A DNA stretch of 62,994 bases, counting the filler, from Reclinomonas americana ATCC 50394 (taxonomy: Eukaryota): the NCBI GenBank assembly GCA_048213135.1. It is 11 parts of 11 records of this genome, joined end to end, with 100 filler letters (N's around TTAATTAATTAA, not from the genome) between each part and the next. Parts side by side here need not be neighbours in the genome. Positions count along the whole stretch, not along the records: positions 24,093 to 26,490 come from AFZH01019070.1; positions 26,591 to 35,697 come from AFZH01019071.1; positions 35,798 to 52,998 come from AFZH01019072.1; 8 more parts are not named here. One strand, written 5' to 3'. The position numbers were made by a program, and so were the translations under genes. A model generated the notes under the pieces. It was not told where the DNA came from, did not search any database, and saw only the letters and a program-made list of their open reading frames with translations. Below, in pieces: positions 24,906 through 36,254 of this stretch (positions are counted from its first letter, which is position 1; every line of letters starts with the position of its first letter).

Positions 24906-25742
24906 CTGGGAAAGAGGAGTGGGTACAGCTCTCCGCAGATGACGATTGTACATGTCTCGTCTCCGGATCCATGATAGTTCGCTTCTGTTGGCTTCCTCTC
25001 CTCAGAGAGCAAGGTACACTGGTCGGCACTCTACATTGTTGTTGAGATGAGGAGAGCTGTCTGTTTGCTGGTGATCAAGAAAAACGAACTTTATGTTGTC
25101 CTGCACATCTTTTGCAGCTGCAGGTCGGGTCAATAGCGCGTTTTCAAAGCAAGAAAGGAAGATGCATATACGAAGAACACGCTCCATGCCTCACCTGCGC
25201 ACAGCACTCGCCGATCGACAACAAAGACCTTCGTTGGTGCAGGACACCAACAACGTCGAGCACATTCACAACACGCACACGCGCACACAATGCACACTTT
25301 GATGCATGCACACACACACACACCACTCTCGCCTCTCTCCTTCTCTGTCTCTTTGTGACACCCATGCACCGTCGTGACATCTCGGACCTCCGGAAAAACC
25401 CCACTCGAAAACATGCGCAATCCTTTACTCCGTTTCACTCACGACGAGAGAGCGAGCTTAGCGAGAGAGAGACTTGCACGAAAAGAGACCTCTCTCTGTG
25501 AGTGAGTAAGAGCACACAAGCACGCATCTCTCTCTGTGTGTGTGAGGAGGAGCATCGAATCGCGTGCGAACGCACAACACGGAAGGTGAGTGTGCATAAA
25601 TGTCGGCGTTGGCCGATCCTCGTCGCGTGAGATTCTTCGTTGTGCGCGCGATGAGTTGTTCCCCGCTCTCTCAGTGTGTGTCTCACGTGCTCACTCTGTG
25701 TTTATGTGTGTGCGCGCGCGCAGTGAGTGAGAGAGAGAGAAC

Positions 25743-28262
25743 ATGGGCGACGACGACGCCATGGTGGGTGGCAAGCGCAAGTTTCGCTTCTCGCATAAGC
25801 AGGTGAGTGTGTGTGTGTATGTTCAGTGTCTATGTGCACACACAGTGTGTGGGGGGAGAGAGTGTGTGTGTGTTACAAACGAGGTCGAGACAAGCTCCTC
25901 AGGACTCCTGTTTCGCATATTCGTTTTGTGTCTTCTCTTCCAATCGCACGCGTGAGACACACATAGAGAGGCACACGTCACTGCACACATGCTCGCTCTC
26001 CATTTGCCTCGTCTCTCTCTTTGTGTGTGTGCTTTGATGATGATCGGACATCTCGCACTTTACTCACGCACACACACACACACGCGCAGGCGGCTGTGCT
26101 TGACGCGTACTTTGCAATCTACATGTACCCGGAGGACGACGAGAAGCAGCAGCTGGCGGCGCTGCTGGAAGTGGAAGCGAACAAGGTGTGGTTTTTCTCT
26201 CGTCACATGCGTCAAAAACGCGACAGAAACCTTACACAATTGATGTGCAGATCAGCACGTGGTTTCATAACCGCCGCAGTAAGGTGTTTCGTGAGAACCG
26301 CCAGCGTGGGCAACGGTACTCGAATGCCTCGGTGCGACTGCTGGCCGGCATCAAGGAGGAAGTGAAGAAGGAGAGTGCGGCGGTGCCGAATGCTCCGCAG
26401 ATTGCACTGGAGGCGGCGCAAAGGGTGCGTGGGGCGTGCTCCTCCTCCTCCTCCTCCTCCTCCTCTCCACGGCTCAAGTGTCTTACTCCTNNNNNNNNNN
26501 NNNNNNNNNNNNNNNNNNNNNNNNNNNNNNNNNNTTAATTAATTAANNNNNNNNNNNNNNNNNNNNNNNNNNNNNNNNNNNNNNNNNNNNTCTGCGTGCC
26601 GCCGCCACCGCCAACGCCGCCGCCGCCGTCTCTGGTGATGCAGCCAAGAAGGCGACTAGCGAGTCACTGCCGCCGTTGCCTGCGCTGCCTGCACTGCCGC
26701 CGTTGCCGCCACTGGTCATTCCCAGCGGCTCTTCTCCACTGTCGTCTGCATCATCATCGTCATCGTCGTCATCGTCATCTCCGCCGGCACCGGGGGCGGC
26801 CACCGCGTGCGACGCCTCACCACCGTCCGGCTCTTCGATCTGCGCACTGACTCTGTCGGTGCCGTCGGCGGCGCTGTCGTCGTCGAGCGAGCACGTGCGG
26901 CAGGTGGGCTCTGTGATTGTGCAGCTGTCGCCGACCGGGCGCAAGCGCAGCGAGCCGTCGTTCCTGCAGTTGCAACTGCAGCGAGCCATGGCGGAGCGCA
27001 AGCGTCTCGAGTTGGAGCAGCAGCAGCATCAGCAGCAGCGACAGGCCCTCGGTGGCGACGATGCCTCCTCCCCAACTCCTTCAGCAGGAGGAGCAGCACC
27101 ACCACCACCGCCGCCGCCTCCTCCTCCACCTCTGGCGACGCCACTGGTGAGTGGCAGCCCGGCTGGCAAGTCGAAGCGGGCCTCCAGCACCGAGAGTGCC
27201 GATCGCGACGCACACACAATCGAGAGACCAAGGAGACGACGAGCGGCGAAGCGACTGGCCAGTATGATGTTGATGGACGGCGACGGCGACGACGACTGCG
27301 ACGACTGTGACGATGCCAACATGGACGTCGACAGCCGAGCCCTGGTCATGGCCATGGCGGCCGACGATGCCGAGTCGGCAGCCGCCGACGATGACCACGC
27401 CGACGACTGCGACTACGTGGGTGAGACGTCACCGAAAAAGCGCGCTCGCCGTGCATCTTCGGCCGGCACCGCTGCGGCTGCCGCTGCCGCCGCTGCCTCT
27501 GGCAAGAGCAAGAAGCGCGGCAAGGGTCGCACTGCCACTGCCGCCGCCACCACGACCACGGCCGCGTCGCGATCACGCAACCGACGAGCCAAGTTTCGTG
27601 ACCTTTTGTGCGCGCGTGTTTCCACGACCGTTTTTTTCTTTCTTCTTACTCACTCCCGCCCTGCGCAACACAGGAGATCGCCCGGCACCGACAACACCAC
27701 CTCCACGGCTCCGTCACTGAACGACATGGAGGTGGCACATTTGCTGGCCGGTGGCCTCGGAACTTCGTCGTCCGCCTCGGGTGGCGATAGTGCGGCGACC
27801 AATAGTCCCAACACAGTCGGCATGCCATCGGAGCGCGTACACAAGGTGCGTGGGGATTTTCACACAAAAAACGGGATGGGGAGGAGGGGGTTGTGGAGAT
27901 GTTGGTGGCCATGTCGGCGTGTGAACTCACGGATATTATCGCAGGTGGAGCATTCGTACTCGGCCACCAACTTGCCGCCGCTGCACCTCGCCGAGTCGTC
28001 CAACTCGCCTTCGGCGTCGCCACCACTGATGCTCGCCAAGAGCTGTGCCGGCAACAGCAGCGGCAGCAGCAGTGCCGGTTCGTCGTCGCCGCACTGTGTC
28101 CTGTTTTCGGCGGCGCTTCATCACGCTGGCATGATGTTGCCACTTGGGGAGCACGGCGACCTGGCGACAGCAGTCTCCAAGGCACCCGTGGCAAAGAAGA
28201 GCATCCACGACGTGGATGCACACTTGCTGGCGGCGGCGGCGGCTACCTTTGGCCGCGCATAA
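25743..28262 (+). CDS. Non-TALE homeodomain transcription factor with long low-complexity C-terminus (gap 26491-26590)
   Basis: Exons 25743-25802, 26090-26185 and 26251-26424 splice in frame to KRKFRFSHKQ|AAVLDAYFAIYMYPEDDEKQQLAALLEVEANK|ISTWFHNRRSK, giving canonical F8, Q12, L16, F20, Y25-P26, W48-F49-x-N51-R52-R53. The Ser/Pro/Ala/Gln-rich continuation ends at TAA 28262; its linkage across the gap is inferred. Confidence 0.9.
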
Positions 28263-28588
28263 TTATTTTTTTGTTTAACTGTGTTATTGTTTGCGATCTC
28301 TCTTCTCTCTCTCTCTCTTCTCGTTGTTCGGCGCTATTGTATTCACGCGCATTCCCGTGGTGTGTATGTGTTTCGTGGTCGAGGTGGCTCACCACTGGCA
28401 CCCGTCGCGCTGTGGTGTTTCGTCGTTGTTGACAACATTTTTCCTGTTTTTTTCCCCTCTCTGTGTCTGTGTATGAGTGATGGTGGTGGTGGTGGTTTAT
28501 CGGTGTCGAGTAGCCAAGTAAACAAACTCGTCTGTTGCAAGTACACTGGATTTTCTTTTTCCCTTCTTGAGGGGCGGTGACCATGATG

Positions 28589-31290
28589 TCACACATTGTC
28601 GTCGCCCCGGCGCACAGTCTCCTCCTCCTCCTCCGCTTCTACCTCCTCGTCAGCATCGTGTCCCTCTGAGCTTACCAGGGACGAGTGCTCCGAGGGCTGC
28701 GTCATGCTGGAGGTGGCGCCGGCGCCGGCGACATGGCCCTCCAATGGAGCGCCCGCCTCCTCCACCTCCTCCTCGCGCATAATCACGGCCACCTCCTGAT
28801 GCATGGCAAGAATAAAAAAAAAAGGGGGTGAGTGCCGCCAGTGGAGCGAGGGAAGACGCACACACACGCACCTTGTACGCACGACCACCGATATCCACGT
28901 TGCCCTGCAAGCAGACAGAACGCAGACAAGTCAGGAAATAGACGAATAAAAAAGAAAGAGGTGCTGGCAAGGGCCTGGAGAGACAGAAGAGAGCAGTGAT
29001 GATAAATGGCAGGAGTGCAACAGTGTCGCCGTGGAGTCGAATAGCCAGAGGCTGGTGGTGGCAGCGAGAGAGGATTCGAAGAAATACAGGACTGACATGC
29101 ATATGTGTCGATAAAATGAAACTCACCTTCCGGTGCAACTCGATGCTGGAGAGGAGGATCAGCACGCCCCAGATGCCACCCCAGACCCTGTGCAGCAGAC
29201 CGGCAGTGAGCAGAGGCAGCGGCGGCGCGCGAAGACACGGGGGAGAGACATTGCAAAGGTGAACGCACCAGCCCACAAAGATGGACACGAGGAACAACTG
29301 GAAGAGCCAGACGACCAGCTGGACCCTGTAGATGGCGGATGTGGAGGTGGGTGTGGGGGAGGAGGAGGAGGACGAGGAGAAGGAGGAGAAGAAGTGAGTG
29401 TACGTCAGTGATGACAGAGAGGGAAAGAGAGAGACTGAGAACAATGAGAGAGATGCAGACGAGGCTTTTCGAACCGGTCGCGAAAGCACGAAGCGCGCAC
29501 GCGCGACGAATAGTCATCAAAAGGGAAAGGAAAAGAGGTCAAGTCGCGCGGCGAAGCACACACACGCAGAGCATAGCGCAGCACGTAGGTGGAGGAGAGA
29601 GAGAGAGTGGTGGCGCGTGAAGCAGATGCTGCTGTTCACGAAGAATACGCAATGACCAAGTATGTCCATCTCGAATACAGATTACTCGCCAAAAGCAGTG
29701 GCGAACAAGCAGTGTGGGTGGGAAAAGCGACAACGCGAGTGGCATGTTCCCGTGGAAACGACAAAGACAGACATGCACTTTGCTGACGCACACACAGTGG
29801 AAGCATGAGAGTGCGACAGCGAGAGAGAGAAAGCGTGCACAAACAACCAGACGACGAAATACTGTGTGATTGGTCGTCCCGTTTTCCCGCACGGTGCAGC
29901 AAGGTGCGTGGGCGGCCATTTCCCATCTCTCCCCATCTCCACTCACCAAAACACCTGCGCGTGCAAGAAGAGAAGGGATGTGAGCTCGAGTACGCACACG
30001 CAGCACGCAAACACACGAGAAGCACGCGCCTCGCAGCCGACCACGACACTCGCCGTCTGCCGCCCGTCCAGATTCCTTTGCGGACAGCAACATTCCTGCC
30101 ACACACGCACACACACACATGCACAAGAGTGAGCAGGCAGAGAGACACAGGCAATGGTGCGTGCAGTGGAGCACAGCGAGACCTGCATGCCCGCCACGAA
30201 AGCTGCCAAGAGTGTCCCGACCGAAAACGGCAGGAGATTCAACACGAATATGGGTATCTGAAATGCGCGAAACAACGTGAGAAGGAAGACTTGGTGAGGC
30301 CCGCTGCACGCACACACACGAAGGGCAAGAGGCCGGCACTCACCGCCCACCACAGTCGCAGCCGTGGAACAGCAACTGTTCGAAAAAACGGTGTGGTGAG
30401 GCGTCATGTTCGAAAATTGGTGGTGGAGCATGGCTATCACGCACCTCGTAGCCTCTCAAAGTAGCCCGGCGGCCTCGCCATGCGTCGAATGATACGCACC
30501 GAGCCAAAGGTAGCCACTGATTCTTCGTCCTCGTCGGCGTCGGCGTCAGCGTTGGCGGCCTCGTCGGCTTTGTCAATTTTGGCGCCATGACCGCCACTGC
30601 CTCGTGTTGTCGCCACCACCGGCAGCTGCACGTTCGTCTCGCCACAAGGGCGACCCTCAGGAGCAGCAGTGGCCGCGGGAGCAGTGGCGGCCGAGGCGGT
30701 GGTGGATGGGGCACGCGGCCTCTCCAACAGCACCGTGAGCGGTTGGCCGTATGGCGAGTACCTGCGACATGACATCAATGGAGTTGACACAACCAATCAT
30801 CTGATTTTGTGCTGATTACGCAACACTCCATTGTCGTCCACCAAGGCACCCGGCATGCTCCGCGGAGACTGCGGCGGGGAAGGAGGAGAGTTAGTGAGCG
30901 CGTGGCAACAGAGAAATTAGGCGAAAGAGCAGTACTCTTCCGCACCCGCCGTGGTGGCACCGCTGGTGCTGCTGCGGCGGTGGCGGCGACGGCGACTGTG
31001 TCTGTGGGCGGTAGTAGTGGCGACTGCTGCGGTGGCGTCCGCGGCGGCGTCTCCACGACAATCTCCAAGTGCTCGACATCGAACTTTCGAACATCATCGT
31101 CGTCGACCTCCTCCGCGACAGGTGGTGCCGGTGCCGCCGCCGCCGCCATGTGAGCGCAGACGGCGCGCATCATCTCCGAGTCAAAGGCACTGGCATCGAT
31201 GTGGGCCACCACGGAGGAGCAGGCGGGCTGTTTGTTGCTGGTGGGAGCTGCATAGGTGGAGGAATGTACTACTCCAGCAGCGATACTCAT
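28589..31290 (-). CDS. Hypothetical multi-exon membrane protein (could be two genes)
   Basis: ATG at 31290 (MSIAAGVVH...), low-complexity N-terminus, hydrophobic exons (QVFLLTLFRAFQIPIFVLNLLPFSVGTLLAAFVAG; VQLVVWLFQLFLVSIFVGW; VWGGIWGVLILLSSIE) and an acidic tail ending at TGA 28589. No family recognised. Confidence 0.5.
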
Positions 31291-32657
31291 GATGATGATG
31301 ATGATGATGATATCGCGATCGTCACTGTTACAGAGTGCGTGTGTGAGAGAGAAGGCGACTGTGTGTGGGTGTGCGTGCTCTCGCAGGTGATCAAGGAAGT
31401 GAGAAATGACGGTGACACGCAATTGCCAAAGAGCAGCAGTGCGAGAGGGGCTCGTGGGAGTGACAGTGAGTTGTGTGCGCGAAAGGAAGAATCGCGGTGC
31501 GTGTGCATGAGGTCGCCGGAGTGTAGTACGTGCGTGTGTGTGTGTCGGTGCATGAGACTCACCCGATGCAACGCACTCGCGCTCGTGACACGACGCGACA
31601 GAGAGTGATCGATAATGGGGGGAATTTCGACGCGAAAGGCGAGTGTTTTTCGATGAAAGCGCATGGGGGAGGAAGAGGTGAGGGAGGAAGAGGGAGGGTG
31701 AGGGGGGAGTGGGAGGAGACGAGCGGTGGCGAGTATGCATGAGAGTGAGAGCGGAGCGAGAGAGAAGAGGAGAGAGCAATGGGAGCGACATTGCCAATTT
31801 TTGCGATACAGCGCGCGTGGGTTGTTGTGTGAGTGGGTTGCTGTTTTGTTTTTCGTGACATTGGTGGCGATGATGTGGCGATGAGTGGGAAGTGACGGAG
31901 GGGGCACGGTGGATGGCTGGGTGAGTATGCGCAATGACGACGGAATGCCCGATTTGGAGGGCGCGCGAGAATTTTATGGATACAGCACATATGCATTGTG
32001 TGGTTCGCAATATTGAGAGTGTGAGAGCGATGGGAGGAGAGGGTGGAAGGGGTGGAGGGAGGAAGTGGAGGGAGGGGGGATAATACTTGACAGCGCCAGC
32101 CAACGTCGACATCCGCGAACGTCTTTGAATTTGAAGGAGTGATTGAGAGTTGTCGATGTCACGTGTTTTCCGAATCCGCGCGCGGTTGCTGTCTGTTTTC
32201 ATCTTGGTTGATCATGGCCCCCAAGTACACCTATGTGTATGCGACGTAACCGAAGAATGTGGCATCGATTTTCAGCCACAGCATGGAAGCAAAAAGATGA
32301 TCGCGACGAGACATTCCGCCTGTGGCCGTCGCACACGTTCAGCGCGCTGCAGGTGCCGCCGGTGCATTTCCTTGATGCTCGATACAACCATCGCCGTGCA
32401 GCTAGTGCGAGTCGGTGGGGAGGCCGGCAGAGGTGGCGAAGGCGCCGGCGGTGACTCTTGACCGATCGAGACACTGGCGCATCGCGCCAACACGGTGTCG
32501 TCAACTCTGTCTTCACGGACCCGGACCCGGCTTTGTTTGTTGGCCTTTCCCCGAATTCGATGTGCCGTGTACGATCGCAGAAAACGCTATGCGTCTTATG
32601 CAAGTGCGTCAAATCCACTGGTCAACCACGCTTATGCGGTGAAGATCGCAGTTTTCG

Positions 32658-32794
32658 ACTTGTTCGAAGCTCCGAGAGCGACTTCGAACACACAAGGAAC
32701 CCGCTTCTGCCTCAAGATTGGTGTCTGTGTTGATGTTTTGGGTACGGTTGAACTTGGTCATCAAGATAGCTGTTGCTTGTTTGTTGGTGAATGA
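32658..32794. repeat. Dispersed intergenic repeat, copy B
   Basis: Homologous to 3422-3565 and 24766-24905. Contains the inverted repeat TGTTCGAAG...CTTCGAACA. Confidence 0.85.
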
Positions 32795-33368
32795 TGCTTG
32801 GTTCCGATCCGCGCCTGTTCGAATTCGCAGCTCCGATGTCGATGGAAAGTAACACTTGCGCCACGAAATCCTTTTAAGGCCAACTCGCGTTTGATTGGCT
32901 TTGCCTCCTGAAAGGGAAGATGACTGTTGAAGAAGTAATTATGTGTTTGTATATTGTTGGTGTACCAAGGTCATTGTCGGCAAGGGATTTGTGGGCGTTT
33001 ATCGCATTATTGGAAAGTGGTGAATGAAGTGTTTTGTTTGACCGCGTGCACGCTTTATGTTGCCGAAGTCACCGTGGCTGGTGTGCGAGAAGGTGCTTGT
33101 GCAGGTGCTTGGATATGGTCTGCTCTGCAGCCGCGGCCGCAGACGATTCAAGCCCGACCAATTTTGGACGTGCACGCAGGTTGTCCTCCTCGTCCTTTTT
33201 CCCATGACCCCTCGACCACGTGCACCAGTGCGATGCACCACGCCGACTCCAGAAGGCCAGTGCTGTTGGCGATAAGCGAGCTGGCTCACAAACGTCGAGC
33301 AAATACACGACAACCAATGCATGTCCAGCATTTTTCACTTGTCCTCTCATCCTTATCTCAATCATATC

Positions 33369-33798
33369 ATGTCAAGCGAGCAGCACCAGGCCACCGACGA
33401 AGTACAGCTGCTCCGCGCACGCATTCTCACATGCCGTCCGGAGCTTCGCGCGCCTTCTTCCTCCTCTTCTGCCTCCACGCGCACTAGTGCCATGCACCAC
33501 GCCGACTCCAGCGCGGCACTGGAGGCCAGCGATGGTGGCGAGAGTGAGCTTGTGTACTATGAGGATGGTGTGGTGGGTGTGTCGAGGAGTGGGGTGATTA
33601 CGCGAGTGGAACGCTATGATGATGAGAGACATGGCGCGCTGGTGACGGAGAACTTGCTGCCAAAGTTGAGTGTCTGTGTGTGAGGGAGGGAGGGATGTGA
33701 GAGAGAGAAGAGAGAAGAGAGAAGAGAGAGAGGATGATATGTGAGCACTTTTTGTCATGCATTTTGCTCACTCACACTCTCTCACCTCACTCATTCAC

Positions 33799-33836
<38 letters not shown>

Positions 33837-35035
33837 TCTCTCTCTCACTCACTCACTCACTCTCTCACACACACTTTCTCACACGTTCTCACACTTCGAC
33901 ACTTTCACACACTTTCACACACTTCACACACTTTCACACACTTTCACACACTTTCACACACTTTTACACACTCTTACACACTCTTACACACTTTCACACA
34001 CTCTTGCACACTTTCTCTCACTTTTACACTCACTCGCTCACTCACTCACACACACACACACACTCACTCACTCACTCACTTTTCACACTTTTTCACACAT
34101 TTTCACACTTTCACACACGTGCAGACTTAGTTGTTGCCTTAGACATCGCCTTTACACACTTTCTCACTCTCACACCGTCGACATTGTGAGCGAGATTCCG
34201 AAATTCTCCCCACTTCTCACTCTTTCCCTCCCCCACTCAGCTTCCTGCTGCCCTCGTTCATCGACTGCCACGTGCATTTCCCGCAAATTCGAATCGGCGG
34301 CGCTGCCTCGGGACCTCGTTGCGCTCACTCGCACTCTTCCTTGGCCACTCTCTCCCTCTCCATCTGCTCACCTCGTCCGACTCCAGTGCTCGACTGGTTG
34401 AAATACTCTACCTTCCCGGAAGAATCACTGTACCGCGACCCTGCGCACGCCTCGGAGATGGCGCGTGCATTTGTCGCCTCGCTGGTGGGCGCCGGCACCA
34501 CGCTGGCCATGGTGTACGGCTCGGTGCATGCCGGCTCCTCGCATGCGCTGTTTGAGGAGTGCGCGCGTGTCGGCATGCGTGTCATTGGCGGACCGGTGCT
34601 GATGGATCGTGCGTGCCCCGAGGACCTGATTGTGCACAAGGAGGAGGCGCTGGCTGGTCTACAGGGGCTGCTGCACAAGTGGCACGGTCACAATCACAAT
34701 CGCATCCAGCTGGCGGTGATTCCGCGTTTCGCGCTCTCCTGCACCAGCGACCTCATGTCGGCGGCCGCGGACTTTGCGCGTGAGCACGATCTGTGGGTCA
34801 CCACGCACCTGGGCGAGAACCCCGACGAAGTCGACATTGCCAAGAACTCGTTCGACGCCGAGGACTACTTGCAGGTGTACGAGCGCGCCGGCATGGTGCA
34901 CAAGAAGAGTGTGTACGCGCATTGCTGTTACCTGACGGACTCGGAGTGGGATCGCTTCGAGGCCAGTGGCGCGGCTGTGGCGCACTGCCCCGACTCGAAT
35001 GTGTTCCTCGGCAGTGGGGCCTTTGATTTGCATAA
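33369..35035 (+). CDS. guaD: Guanine deaminase (amidohydrolase superfamily); C-terminal exons missing before or within gap 35698
   Basis: YYEDGVVGV; LLLPSFIDCHVHFPQ; LDWLKYSTFPEE; GTTLAMVYGSVH; LMDRACP; KWHG..IPRFALSC; THLGENPDE; DYLQVYE; AHCPDSNVFLGSG. Confidence 0.92.
33765..34118. repeat. Intronic CA/CT-rich minisatellite, (CTTTCACACA)n core
   Basis: Directly visible 10-mer tandem units flanked by (CTCA)n and (CT)n. Confidence 0.9.
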
Positions 35036-35160
35036 CGTGAGTGGGCGGGCGAAAGGAGGGAAAGGGAGGATGGTGAAAGGGGCAGAATTGCGTCGTGAGG
35101 ATGGATGAGGGGTGCTCGTCTTACTTGTTTGTTTTTGCTTTGTATGCGCATTGCCTTCCT

Positions 35161-35465
35161 GTGCTGTCCCCATCTTCCCCCCTCTTCTCTCGCCTGGAGT
35201 ACGGGTTCCATTTCTCGCATGTCTCTGTTTCTCCGTCCATTATTTCTTTTCACCAAGTGGAGAGGGATTGAGAATGGATGGAGTAATCTTCTCTGTTTGC
35301 GCTTTATGTATGTGCATTGCCGTCGTATGCTGTCCCCATCTTTCCCTCTCCTCTCTCGCCTGGTGTGGTGGTTGGGGGTCGTATGTCTCTGTATCTCCGT
35401 CCATTCCTCTTTTCACCAATTGAAGAGGGATTGAGAATGGGTTGAGAAATCTTCTCTCCTTGGCT
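35161..35465. repeat. Degenerate tandem duplication (about 165-nt period) in guaD intron
   Basis: TGCTGTCCCCATCTT...CTCGCCTGG...CTCCGTCCATT...TTTTCACCAA...GAGGGATTGAGAATGG occurs at about 35162 and about 35328. Confidence 0.85.
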
Positions 35466-35911
35466 GTTTGTCTGTTCCTCTCCTCTCTTGCCTGGGGCAT
35501 GAGCACCTGCTTGTCATTGCTTTTGCATTCGTGATCAGTAGTGATCATGCACAACCGGCGAGTGTTTGCGAGTGGCAAGTCTCAGTGTGATTGTACTCAA
35601 AGGGTCTTTTTTTCTGTTGTTTCCTCCCATCCCTCTTTCTTCCTCTCCTCCTTCACACGCGTGAGAAGCAGGGGAGAGAGAGAGAGGAAAAGCCAAANNN
35701 NNNNNNNNNNNNNNNNNNNNNNNNNNNNNNNNNNNNNNNNNTTAATTAATTAANNNNNNNNNNNNNNNNNNNNNNNNNNNNNNNNNNNNNNNNNNNNACG
35801 TTGGAGTGTCGTGAACCCCCGAACGTAAATCAGCATTGTGCAAGGATGCAACACCACCCGCTGCGATCTTCATTCAAATCTGTTTCTCACCATGATGAAG
35901 TGCAACACGCG

Positions 35912-36135
35912 TTACTTCGCAGGCGGGGCCATGTCGGCGTCTCGCGCCCACGGATAGCGTGCTGATTACTCACAGCAGTGAACACGCAGACAATGAGTTT
36001 GGTGGCACACGGCTTACCTCGACGCCCGTTCTCCACCTCGAGCTCGCTCTTCGTCATGTACCGATGACTGCGCACGAGCCGGAGGGCCATGGCCACGGCG
36101 CTGTCAATCAGAGCGTCCAGAAGTTCCATGGGCAT
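35912..36135 (-). CDS. Putative small (55 aa) two-exon protein
   Basis: MPMELLDALIDSAVAMALRLVRSHRYMTKSELEVENGRR, a 56-nt GTAAG...CAG intron (35962-36017), then ARYPWARDADMAPPAK-stop. Confidence 0.35.
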
Positions 36136-36254
36136 GGCGGCAGTCAAAATGTGTTGTGGGTTGCTGTGGCTCGATCGTATAGTATACGATAACGCGACTA
36201 AAAGGCGGGAAGCGAACCATACGCTCGTGAAATCATTATTCTTGCATACGCGCG

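Noticed and set aside
24600..25190. Protein-coding gene or transposase in the intergenic region
   Set aside because: Only short frames on both strands, with no recognisable motifs or consistent splice model. Only the repeat homology is supportable.
30775..32202. 475-aa ORF as a single-exon gene
   Set aside because: The 5' two-thirds translates CA/CT-rich non-coding-like sequence. Only the part from ATG 31290 looks coding.
33765..34118. CRISPR-like array or His/Thr-rich ORFs
   Set aside because: These are simple tandem 10-mers without unique spacers, inside a guaD intron, and no cas genes are present.
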